Notes: generated from the letters alone by a model not told the origin. DNA of 32,000 nucleotides from an uncultured Tissierellaceae bacterium (GCA_964567475.1 CAZMMV010000002.1:21117-53116); one strand, 5' to 3'; shown: positions 1 to 8,812, counted from the first letter of the stretch. Made by a program: numbers and translations.

Positions 1-24
1 ATAATTTTAAATATTTAAATATTT

Positions 25-951
25 TTATTTTACTGATCCTTCAAGTATCGTAAGTTCCTTTTTATCTGCATCAAGTCTAGCCCTTACTCCAAAAGCTAGG
101 CTTACCATAGGATCACAGTGCCCTGCTTGAAGATTGTATATAGTAGGTTTAGACTTTGGTATATGATCATGGAATATTTGTTCTAAAGTTAGAGACTCTG
201 AGTGCTTGCTAACTTCACAATTTTTAAAATCTCCTAATATTATTCCCTCAGCTTCTTGTAATTTTCCTGATAATCTCAATTGATTAATCATTCTATCTAT
301 ATTGTAAGCATCTTCTCCTACTTCTTCAATAAATAGAATTTTTCCTTTTAAATCTATTTCATATGGAGTTCCTATAGTATCTACAATTAGGGATAAATTT
401 CCTCCTATTATAGTTCCTTCTGCTATTCCACCATTTATTGTTATTATTTTTTCTCCTTCTAGATTTGATATTTTTCCTATTGGCTCAGTGTTCATAATAG
501 ACTTCAATAAATTATCTTTTGAAAATGGAGAAAAGTTGTCTATCATATCAGAAACCACCATGGGTCCATGATAAGTAACTAAATTAGATTTTTGATTAAA
601 TGCTATATGCAAAGCCGTAATATCACTATATCCAACAAATATTTTTGGATTGTCTTTTATAATATCATAGTCAATTAAATCAAGAATACGAGGACTACCA
701 TATCCTCCCCTTAAGGTCATAATTGCATCTACTTGACTATCCTTAAACATTTCATTTATATCATTAGCCCTTATTTCATCAGTTCCTGATAAGTATCCAT
801 ATCTTTCATATGGACTTTTTCCCATTTTAACTTTAAAACCCAATTCAATTATCTTATCTCGGGCCTTTTCAATGTTTTCTTTTGTTGTAAAACTGGATGG
901 TGCTATTAATCCTATGGTATCTCCTATTTTTAATGCATTTGCTTTAATCAA
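25..951 (-). CDS. ldcA: LD-carboxypeptidase (peptidase S66, muramoyltetrapeptide carboxypeptidase family)
   Basis: 308-aa ORF with S66 hallmarks: the IGLIAPSS N-terminus, the nucleophile context VGYSDITALH and a C-terminal AGHCDP histidine region. The start is TTG at 951 with AGGAG 9 nt upstream. Confidence 0.85.
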   Translation of the reverse strand: MIKANALKIGDTIGLIAPSSFTTKENIEKARDKIIELGFKVKMGKSPYERYGYLSGTDEIRANDINEMFKDSQVDAIMTLRGGYGSPRILDLIDYDIIKDNPKIFVGYSDITALHIAFNQKSNLVTYHGPMVVSDMIDNFSPFSKDNLLKSIMNTEPIGKISNLEGEKIITINGGIAEGTIIGGNLSLIVDTIGTPYEIDLKGKILFIEEVGEDAYNIDRMINQLRLSGKLQEAEGIILGDFKNCEVSKHSESLTLEQIFHDHIPKSKPTIYNLQAGHCDPMVSLAFGVRARLDADKKELTILEGSVK

Positions 952-1034
952 TATTTAACACTCCTATTTAATATTTAATTAAACAAGTGAATTCTTATAA
1001 CATAATCTTGTTAATTTTATCTCCAATTTATCCT

Positions 1035-2375
1035 CTATCCAATTATATAAAATATTCTAGTCTCTCTTTTAATATTTCCTTTATCATCTTCTATTTCAAA
1101 TGTAACTACATGAAACTTTTCTCTAAGTGGTTTTTTTATTCTAAGAAATATACTTGAATTATCTTTATCTAACATAGCTTTATATGAAATTCCATCTACT
1201 ATTATTTTAGCATTTATTTTATCTGTTTTGCCTTCTATCTTTGCTATTATAGTAGGTCTATTAGTTTCTATTCCTTCTCCCATTTTATATTCTGGAATTA
1301 TATTTATACTTGAATTAGTTTTTACTGTTATATCATCTGCTTTTTCTTCTACTTTTTTTAATACTCTTAACATGTTTTTCCCTAAAATCTTGTCTATATC
1401 TTTATCACTATAATTTCTATTTAATAACTCTTCTCTTATCTTATATATTTCTCCAGAATCTTTAAGGTTTTTGGGCAAACTAGCACCATCAAAATCTGAA
1501 CCTATACCTACATGGTCTATGCCTATTAAATGTACTGCATAGTCAATGTGATCTATAATATCACTTATATATACATTTTCCGAATTTTTTAAAAATTCCG
1601 GATAAAACACTATACCTATTACTCCTCCATTATCAGCTAAGGCTTTTAACTGTTCATCCGTTAAATTTCTATTGTGCGATTTTAGACTGTCTATTCCCGA
1701 ATGAGAAGCTATAATTGGAGATTTACAAGTATGAATTATATCCCAAAATGTATCCTCATCTATATGAGATACATCAACTATCATACCAAGTTTATTCATT
1801 TCTAATACTATCTTTTCTCCTAGTTCTGTAAGACCATCTGATGAAGGAGTTCTCTTTTTATCACCATAAACCTTACTAACTCCTTCACCTAATTTATTTG
1901 AATAATTCCATGTAAGTGTTATTACCTTAATTCCTAAATCATTATACTGATTAAGTAATTCTAAAGAATAATCCTTATCTAATGAATATGCTCCTTCTAT
2001 AGTAGGCACTGCTGCTATTTTCCCTTTTTCAATTGTTTCTATTATTTCTTTTAAACTTTTAGTGATTTTAAATGTATCAAGATTATTCTTTTCTGTAAAG
2101 TATAATCCATTTATGAGTGATAACGTTCTACTTATACTTTTATCTGTGTCTTCTCCATAACCTTCAGTAAATGCCGAAAAAAAAGGAATATTTAATCCAC
2201 CTTTTTTAAGCTTAGGTATGTCTATTTGAAAAGAAGTACTTTCTCCTAAATCAATTTTAGGCAACCAACTTTCATCGTCTACTACATTTAACATTGCATC
2301 ATTGTGACTATCTACAATTATTGGATTTTTAGGTATACTGTCTAAATCATCAAGATTATAGTTCAAATTAAACAC
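1035..2375 (-). CDS. M19-family dipeptidase (renal/membrane dipeptidase fold) with ~100-aa C-terminal extension
   Basis: M19 motifs are present: VDSHNDAML, VDVSHIDEDTFWD, IASHSG and GIGSDFDG. Residues ~347-446 lie beyond the catalytic barrel. The GTG at 2375 overlaps the GAGGAG RBS, so TTG at 2366 (8-nt spacing) is the more likely true start. Confidence 0.85.
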   Translation of the reverse strand: MFNLNYNLDDLDSIPKNPIIVDSHNDAMLNVVDDESWLPKIDLGESTSFQIDIPKLKKGGLNIPFFSAFTEGYGEDTDKSISRTLSLINGLYFTEKNNLDTFKITKSLKEIIETIEKGKIAAVPTIEGAYSLDKDYSLELLNQYNDLGIKVITLTWNYSNKLGEGVSKVYGDKKRTPSSDGLTELGEKIVLEMNKLGMIVDVSHIDEDTFWDIIHTCKSPIIASHSGIDSLKSHNRNLTDEQLKALADNGGVIGIVFYPEFLKNSENVYISDIIDHIDYAVHLIGIDHVGIGSDFDGASLPKNLKDSGEIYKIREELLNRNYSDKDIDKILGKNMLRVLKKVEEKADDITVKTNSSINIIPEYKMGEGIETNRPTIIAKIEGKTDKINAKIIVDGISYKAMLDKDNSSIFLRIKKPLREKFHVVTFEIEDDKGNIKRETRIFYIIG

Positions 2376-2402
2376 TCCTCAAATACTTATAATTATTTTT
2401 TA

Positions 2403-4262
2403 TTATCTTATATTGTATATTTTTAATTTATCGTATAATGTAGTTTTGCTTATATTTAAAGCTTTCATTGTTTCTTTCTTATCACCATTATAAAGTAACA
2501 ATGTTTTTTCTATTACTCTTTTTTCTTGTTCTTGTAAGAAATCCTTTAAAGATAATACTTTCTTGCTAATATTTTTATTTCTATCAAATTTAACAATTAT
2601 ATGTCTAGACATTATAATATTTCCATCTGCTAAGTTGACAGCTCTTTCCAATATGTTTTCTAATTCCCTTACATTACCAGGCCAATCATATCTTAAAATT
2701 AAATTCATTGCCTCAGAGGAAATTCTCTTTTCTTCACATCCTATTTGTTTACATATACGTGGCAATAAAAGGTTTACTAGAGAATTTATATCTTCTTTTC
2801 TTTCACTTAAGGGTGGTATCCATATAGGAAATACATTTATCCTATAAAACAAGTCCTCCCTAAATTTTCCATTTAACATTTCCTTTTCTAAATTTTTGTT
2901 AGTTGCAGTAATAATACGAACATTTATATTAACCTTATCTACTCCTCCTACTCTATAAAAATTCTTTTCCTGTATAACCTGTAATAACTTAACTTGAAGA
3001 TTTTGTGGAATATCTCCAATTTCATCTAAAAGTATAGTTCCTCCATTTGCAATTTCGAAGAATCCCTTCTTACCTTCATTTTTAGCACCTGTAAAAGCAC
3101 CCTTTTCATAGCCAAATAATTCAGATTCTAATAAGTTTTCTGGTATAGCTCCACAATTTACATGTATAAAAGGCTCATCTTTAACTTTGCTATTTTCATG
3201 AATTGCTTTGCCAAGTATTGTCTTTCCCGTTCCACTTTCTCCTAGTATTAATACATTAGAATTAGTCTTAGAAGCCTTTAAAGCCATTCTCTTTACATTT
3301 TGTATTTCCTTGCTACTACCTACAAAACTTGGAAATGCTTTCTTTAAAATTTCTTCCTCTAATAATTGTTCTTCTGCCTTTTCTAATTTCCTAATCAAAT
3401 TATCTCTTTCGTCTATAAGTCTTTCTATTTCAGATATATCTTCAACCTTTAATGCGGCTCCTATTCTCTTACCATGATCTTCTATATGTACTAAAGTACA
3501 TATAGTAGGATATCCATTTATTTCTTCAAACTTATCAACATAACTAATGTTTTTTCCCTTTGCAACTTGGCAAAATTGCTCTATTATAGAATCACTTTTA
3601 TGAATTTCAAAAATATGTTTCCCTATTACATCTAAAGCTTCTGTATCCTTTCCTTTACCTCTATATTTTTCCTCTTTTAATATGTCATTAATACTTTCAT
3701 TTCTAGCAGTATATCCTTGAGATTGATAGAATTTCATTTTTTTTGTTAACTTATCTAATATAAGCATATGACCTACTGAATTAATATAATTCATTGTAAA
3801 TTCTTGTCCTCTTACTGTAATTGTTATATTTCTATTTATAAAATCTATTGTAGCCTTTATATCTACTTGTAAGAAATTTGCTTCTAATCTAAATTTATCT
3901 TCTTTATGTCCCTTCTTTAAAACTTTATAGATAGGCTGAATTTTTATATTCTTATTGTACACACCTATTGCAATCAATGTGTCTCCTTTTTCTATATTCT
4001 TATCTTTTATTCCAATAATCTCTAATGATTTTCTATCTAGTTTCCCATCATCTTTTCCTAAATCATTATCTGCAATTATAACTATATCTCCTACACTAAT
4101 TTGTCCCTTACTATGACTTATTTGTTCATAATACCTTATACCAAATATCTCCTTAGCCTTGTTATTATAAATCCGTATTTTTCCTTCACTATCTATGACT
4201 ATAAAACCTTCAGACATCATATCAGTAAACATTTTTACATGTAGCTCTGAATTAAAATTCAT
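2403..4262 (-). CDS. sigma-54-dependent transcriptional activator (PAS-like sensor, AAA+ domain, C-terminal HTH)
   Basis: Walker A GESGTGKT, the sigma-54 contact loop [10 protein letters not shown], Walker B LLDEIG and the [10 protein letters not shown] motif are all present. There is a Fis-type HTH at the C-terminus ([14 protein letters not shown]) and an N-terminal PAS-like [14 protein letters not shown]. Confidence 0.92.
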   Translation of the reverse strand: MNFNSELHVKMFTDMMSEGFIVIDSEGKIRIYNNKAKEIFGIRYYEQISHSKGQISVGDIVIIADNDLGKDDGKLDRKSLEIIGIKDKNIEKGDTLIAIGVYNKNIKIQPIYKVLKKGHKEDKFRLEANFLQVDIKATIDFINRNITITVRGQEFTMNYINSVGHMLILDKLTKKMKFYQSQGYTARNESINDILKEEKYRGKGKDTEALDVIGKHIFEIHKSDSIIEQFCQVAKGKNISYVDKFEEINGYPTICTLVHIEDHGKRIGAALKVEDISEIERLIDERDNLIRKLEKAEEQLLEEEILKKAFPSFVGSSKEIQNVKRMALKASKTNSNVLILGESGTGKTILGKAIHENSKVKDEPFIHVNCGAIPENLLESELFGYEKGAFTGAKNEGKKGFFEIANGGTILLDEIGDIPQNLQVKLLQVIQEKNFYRVGGVDKVNINVRIITATNKNLEKEMLNGKFREDLFYRINVFPIWIPPLSERKEDINSLVNLLLPRICKQIGCEEKRISSEAMNLILRYDWPGNVRELENILERAVNLADGNIIMSRHIIVKFDRNKNISKKVLSLKDFLQEQEKRVIEKTLLLYNGDKKETMKALNISKTTLYDKLKIYNIR

Positions 4263-4287
4263 TTAATCATCCTTTAAAATAATTATT

Positions 4288-5469
4288 TTATTTAGTTATT
4301 TTAGATTCTAATAGCCTTAATAAGGTATTTACTTGTAAAATTACTCCTGTTCTTATACATTCTTCATCTACCATAAATGTACTCTTGTGAATTGATGATG
4401 TCCAGCCTTTAGATTTGTTTCCACATCCTAAATTATAATATGCAGAATTAGTTTCTTGACAGAAAAATGAAAAGTCATCTGCACCCATACTTGGATATTC
4501 TTTAAAAGTAACCTTATTCTTTCCCAATGTATCTTCCGCTGTTTTCTTTAAAACATCCACTACTTCATTATTATTAATAAGAGGTGGGTATCCTTCATCA
4601 AATTCTACAAATCCCCTTGCACCATGTGCCTTAGCTGTACTTTCTACTATTTCTTTAATCCTATTTTTCGAAAAAGTTCTAGTATCACTATCTAAAGTTC
4701 TCAAGGTTCCCGATATATTAACTTCTTTAGCTATTATATTATTCTTTATACCACCATGAATCTGACCTAATGTGAGGACAACAGAATTAAGTGGTGATGT
4801 ATTTCTACTTACTAAAGATTGTAAAGCTGTAACAATATATCCTGCAATTACTATAGGATCTATTGACTCTTCTGGATAAGCTGCATGACTAGATTTACCA
4901 TATATCTTTATTGAAAATTCATTTGTAGCCGCATTAAATGTACCATATTTCAATTCAATATTCCCTGCATCTATATATGGTACTACGTGAAGTCCTAATG
5001 TATAACTTACATCAGGATTTTTTAGGACACCTTCCTCAATCATGCTTTTTGCACCACCTATCGTCTCCTCAGCAGGTTGAAAAATTATCTTTACATTACC
5101 TTCTAAATCATCTTCCATTTCTTTTAGTATTTTAGCTACCCCAAGATGTATTGTGGTATGAACATCATGACCGCAGGCATGCATAACTCCTTTATTCTGA
5201 GACTTAAAATATAGATTATTTTCCTCCTCTACTGGTAATGCATCAATATCTGCCCTAGCAGCCACTGTAATACCTTTCTTTTTACCTCTAATTATTGCTA
5301 CTAGTCCTGTTTCAGAAATATTCTTTATATGGTCTATATTCCATTTGGTTAAATATTCTGATATCTTGCTGGATGTTCTATATTCCTTTTCACTTAATTC
5401 AGGATATTTATGGAAGTCCCTCCTTATGGCTACAAGTTCATCAAATAATTCATCTAGCTTATTCTCCAT
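4288..5469 (-). CDS. M20D-family amidohydrolase (N-acyl-amino acid / N-acetyl-DAP deacetylase-like)
   Basis: Carries the M20D signatures FHKYPELS and MHACGHDVHT plus the dimerisation-domain pattern. GGGAGG RBS upstream of the ATG at 5469. Confidence 0.85.
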   Translation of the reverse strand: MENKLDELFDELVAIRRDFHKYPELSEKEYRTSSKISEYLTKWNIDHIKNISETGLVAIIRGKKKGITVAARADIDALPVEEENNLYFKSQNKGVMHACGHDVHTTIHLGVAKILKEMEDDLEGNVKIIFQPAEETIGGAKSMIEEGVLKNPDVSYTLGLHVVPYIDAGNIELKYGTFNAATNEFSIKIYGKSSHAAYPEESIDPIVIAGYIVTALQSLVSRNTSPLNSVVLTLGQIHGGIKNNIIAKEVNISGTLRTLDSDTRTFSKNRIKEIVESTAKAHGARGFVEFDEGYPPLINNNEVVDVLKKTAEDTLGKNKVTFKEYPSMGADDFSFFCQETNSAYYNLGCGNKSKGWTSSIHKSTFMVDEECIRTGVILQVNTLLRLLESKITK

Positions 5470-5567
5470 ATTTACGCCTCCCAGTCAATATAATTAATAA
5501 TATTTATAATTATAAACCCTTTTTATATAAGATATTTTTGTTTTAAAAAACATAACTCCTTCAATTC

Positions 5568-6682
5568 CTATATTTCATTCTTTAATAAATCTTGATAAGT
5601 TTCCCTCTTTACTATTAATCTATCTTTTCCTTCATTTATTATCACTACTGCAGGTCTAGGTATCTTATTATAATTACTTGCCATTGAATAGTTATAAGCC
5701 CCTGTTGCTAGAACAGCTAGGGTATCCCCTACTTCTAGCTTTGGAACTTTCAAGTCCCAAATAAGAATATCTCCACTCTCACAACATTTTCCTGCTATGG
5801 TCACTTCTTCAGTCAAATCTTCATCTACTTTATTCGCCACTACACTATCATATTTAGCCTGATATAAGCTTGGTCTTGGATTGCCTGGCATTCCCCCATC
5901 AATTGAAACATAAGTCCGAACTCCCGGAATTTCTTTTATGGCCCCTATAGTATATAAAGTAATCCCCGCTTCCCCTACAATCCATCTACCAGGTTCTATA
6001 ATTATTGTAGGCCTTTCTAAATCATATTTTTTAATTTGTCTTTCTATTTCTTCAACTATTGGATCAGTAAAATATGACAATGGCTTTCTCTCCTGATCCC
6101 CAGCATATTGAATACCATATCCTCCACCGGTGTTTAATTCTTTTGTTATAAATCTATATTTTTCTTTAACATCTTTCATTAATCCTACAATTATCTTTAT
6201 TGCCTTTAAATGATTTTTATTATCAAATATTTGAGAACCTACATGAAAATGAAATCCTAATGGTTCAATATTATCCAAAGTTTTTACTTTTTTCATTATT
6301 TCTTTAATACTATCTTCATTTAAAGGTATACCAAATTTTGAATCTACCTGGCCAGTTTGAATGTACTTGTGAGTATCACTTTCTATACCTGGACTAATTC
6401 TAAATAATATCTTTACTTTTTTATTATATTTATTTCCTGCATATTCAATTAAATCCAACTCTGATGTATTATCTACAATGATTCTCCCCACATTATTTTT
6501 AACAGCTAATTCTATTTCATCTATAGACTTATTATTTCCATGAAATATAACATTCTCCATTGGAAAGTCTACTTGTATAAACTGCTTTGCTTTTAGGTAT
6601 TTACATATAAAGGAGTACCATATTTCCTTCCTAATTTAACAGTATCTAATTCATAAAACATTAAGTACCCATTTAAGCACAT
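5568..6682 (-). pseudogene. lysA: diaminopimelate decarboxylase, decayed (frameshift plus ~47-codon internal deletion removing the PLP-lysine segment)
   Basis: ORF 5568-6560 matches LysA only from the FHGNNKS motif onward (CCESGD and GAYNYSMASNYN are present). A separate short frame at 6682-6593 encodes MCLNGYLMFYELDTVKLGRKYGTPLYVNT-stop, which is the LysA N-terminus (KYGTPLYV motif). In the main frame KAKQFIQ is joined directly to VDFPMENVIFHGNNKS, so the region that normally carries the YAxKA PLP-lysine is absent. Confidence 0.8.
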
Positions 6683-6715
6683 CCTCTTATAAAATAGTTT
6701 CTATGATTATATATA

Positions 6716-6732
6716 AGCAATTATCATGCCAA
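6716..6732 (-). promoter_or_regulatory. sigma-54 (-24/-12) promoter
   Basis: The minus strand reads TTGGCATGATAATTGCT, which fits TGGCA-N6-TTGC(W) with canonical spacing of the GG (6729-6730) and GC (6717-6718). It lies ~35 nt upstream of the lysA remnant, in the same cluster as a sigma-54 activator gene. It is the only good match in the window. Confidence 0.75.
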
Positions 6733-6830
6733 AGCACTAAAGCCTAGTATCTCATACTCAGTTTATCATTTTTTAAATTATCAAACAACTGTTTTCCTAT
6801 ATTTAGTACCTTTTTCCACCTTTTAGGAAA

Positions 6831-6875
6831 AATAAGTATCAAAAATGGTGCCTGGCACCATTTTTGATACTTATT
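6831..6875. repeat. 45-bp perfect palindrome, copy 1 (REP-like / bidirectional terminator element)
   Basis: AATAAGTATCAAAAATGGTGCC-T-GGCACCATTTTTGATACTTATT, with 22-nt perfect arms. It is identical to the copies at 8813 and 24946 except for the central base. It lies 4 nt beyond the stop of the 6880-7593 gene. The GC core is flanked by A5/T5 runs. Confidence 0.9.
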
Positions 6876-6879
6876 CACA

Positions 6880-7593
6880 TTATTCTCCTATTTCAATAGC
6901 ATTTACTGGACATCTTTCCATAGCCTTTATTGCCTTTTCTCTTTGATTTTTATCTATATTTTTTATGGCTACTGCTTTTTTATCTTCTATTCTAAAATAT
7001 TCACTAGCTATTTTAGAACATAATCCACATCCTATACATGCTCTTTTATTTATTTTTATTTCATCCTTGTCTATTTCATTTTCACTTATAGGGATATCGT
7101 CCTTTTTTACTATTTTAGACACTATATATCCCATTATTATTATACCTATTACTGTAAGTATCCATCTAGTTATCATAAATTTAGGGCTTAAAAACTTAGC
7201 TTCATTGGCAAGCATTGGTAGCTTTATAACTGCCCAGGCACTCAATATAACTACTATATTTGAAACACTGGCTCCCTTTTTAAAAAGAGTTTTAGCTACT
7301 GGAAAGGCTGCATATATTGGTCCTGCAGATACACTGCCCAAAATTAAGGCTATAAATGATCCTTTTAATCCTGATTTTTCTCCTAATGCATTCATTATTA
7401 ATTTTTTAGGTATCCAAGCATCTATTAAAGCTGTCAAAAGAAATACAACTGGCATAATAATTAGCATTTCCTTTAAATAATAAGCTGTATTACCAATTGC
7501 TAAAATCGCATTTTCCGTATTTGTTATAAACAATATTATATATATAGCTAATACACTAAATAGGAATGGATTTTTCTTTAATCTTTTTATCAT
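6880..7593 (-). CDS. permease subunit (DUF318/COG0701-type) fused to a C-terminal single-cluster ferredoxin domain
   Basis: Multi-TM N-terminal ~165 aa, then a cytoplasmic tail with CIGCGLC...ERCP (CxxCxxC...CP Fe-S motif). The start overlaps the upstream gene's stop (ATGA, 7590-7593). Confidence 0.75.
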   Translation of the reverse strand: MIKRLKKNPFLFSVLAIYIILFITNTENAILAIGNTAYYLKEMLIIMPVVFLLTALIDAWIPKKLIMNALGEKSGLKGSFIALILGSVSAGPIYAAFPVAKTLFKKGASVSNIVVILSAWAVIKLPMLANEAKFLSPKFMITRWILTVIGIIIMGYIVSKIVKKDDIPISENEIDKDEIKINKRACIGCGLCSKIASEYFRIEDKKAVAIKNIDKNQREKAIKAMERCPVNAIEIGE

Positions 7594-8072
7594 AATATAA
7601 CCCCCATTAACATTGAAATTGCAATAGCAAATCCAAAACTTAATAAGTTTCTACTTAGTGCAAACTTTGTACCAAATTCTTTTCTTTCTAAGTTAAATGT
7701 AACAAATCCAACCATAGTAAGAGTAGTTAAAAATGAAACTGCTGGCATTATACTAGCTCCCATATCTACCATGGAACCCACTAAAGGAAAAGCTACAAAA
7801 GCAGGAATTAATGTTATACTTCCCACTAAAGCTGCAATAACTGTAGCTAAAAATGGATTTGAACCTCCTAAATAGTTTTTTATAGTATCTGGTGGTATCA
7901 ATGTAAGTATCAAACCTATTAGAAATAATATCCCTAATATTTGAGGCAACATACTTTTCATCATTCCATTTGATTTCTTCATAGAAGCCATAGTTTTACC
8001 TTTATCCTTCCTGATAGAAAGAACAAAACAAATCAATGTAATAATCCATAATACAATGGTGAAAATATCCAT
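7590..8072 (-). CDS. permease subunit (second half of split DUF318/COG0701-type permease)
   Basis: 160-aa polytopic membrane protein, translationally coupled to the 6880-7593 gene. AAAGGAG RBS upstream of the ATG at 8072. Confidence 0.75.
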   Translation of the reverse strand: MDIFTIVLWIITLICFVLSIRKDKGKTMASMKKSNGMMKSMLPQILGILFLIGLILTLIPPDTIKNYLGGSNPFLATVIAALVGSITLIPAFVAFPLVGSMVDMGASIMPAVSFLTTLTMVGFVTFNLERKEFGTKFALSRNLLSFGFAIAISMLMGVIL

Positions 8073-8128
8073 ATAATCTCTCCTTTCAATATTCTTCTTC
8101 TATATAATAATATACTTTGATATAATAT

Positions 8129-8148
8129 AAAGTAACTACTGTTACTTT
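8129..8148. promoter_or_regulatory. palindromic operator AAAGTAAC-TACT-GTTACTTT in the divergent promoter region
   Basis: Perfect 8-bp arms with a 5-N4-5 core GTAAC-N4-GTTAC. It lies just downstream of an extended -10 TGATATAAT (8118-8126) for the + strand regulator gene. It is centred 41.5 bp upstream of a predicted minus-strand start whose -10 is TATTAT (8109-8104). Confidence 0.5.
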
Positions 8149-8161
8149 ATGGAGGTTTTTT

Positions 8162-8812
8162 ATGAAAATATTAAATTACATTGATTTTCTTCTAGGGATT
8201 TCTCTTTTTAGTGGATTTGAAAATAAGGAATTATATACATTATTAAAAAAAGAAAGCTTAATTCAAAGCTTTACAGAAAATGAAATAATATATCTTCAAA
8301 ACGAAAAAGCTAATACCATGGATATAATCTTAGAGGGAAATATCATCATACAAAATATAGATGCTAAAGGAAATATTCTTTCGATAACTTCCTTAAGTCA
8401 AGGAGATATGCTAGGCGGAAATCTTATATTCTCAAATAAAAATGAATATCCTATGACGATAATAGCTAAAACAAATGTTAAATTATTAAAGATAAGTAAA
8501 AATACTATATTAGATTTATCTCAAGTAAATAAAAAATTTTTAATAAACTTATTAGAGCTTTTTTCAGATAAAGCTTTAGTATTAACTACTAAAATCAATT
8601 CTTTAGCTATGAAAACAATAAGAGAAAAAATAATGGAATTTTTATTATTTGAAGTTAAGAGGCAAAATAGCAATACAATAATCCTATCACTATCAAAAAA
8701 AGATTTATCTGAAAGATTTGGAATAGAGAGGCCATCTTTGCAAAGAGAACTTAAAAAAATGAAAACAGAAGAATTGATTGATTACGATGCTAAGAGTATA
8801 ACTTTAAAGTAA
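8162..8812 (+). CDS. Crp/Fnr-family transcriptional regulator
   Basis: cNMP-binding-like beta-roll followed by a C-terminal HTH (LSKKDLSERFGIERPSLQRELKKM). GGAGG RBS. Confidence 0.85.
   Translation: MKILNYIDFLLGISLFSGFENKELYTLLKKESLIQSFTENEIIYLQNEKANTMDIILEGNIIIQNIDAKGNILSITSLSQGDMLGGNLIFSNKNEYPMTIIAKTNVKLLKISKNTILDLSQVNKKFLINLLELFSDKALVLTTKINSLAMKTIREKIMEFLLFEVKRQNSNTIILSLSKKDLSERFGIERPSLQRELKKMKTEELIDYDAKSITLK

Noticed and set aside
6851-6868. A sigma-54-like sequence inside the 45-bp palindrome. TGGCACCATTTTTGAT fits TGGCAC-N5-TTG. It occurs on the + strand in copy 1 and on the minus strand in copies 2 and 3. Copy 3 points toward moeA.
   Set aside because: The -12 element reads TTGA instead of the near-invariant TTGC. 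Two of the three copies would fire antisense into the 3' ends of genes. The match is most simply a by-product of the GGTGCC/GGCACC stem plus the T-run of a terminator-like palindrome.
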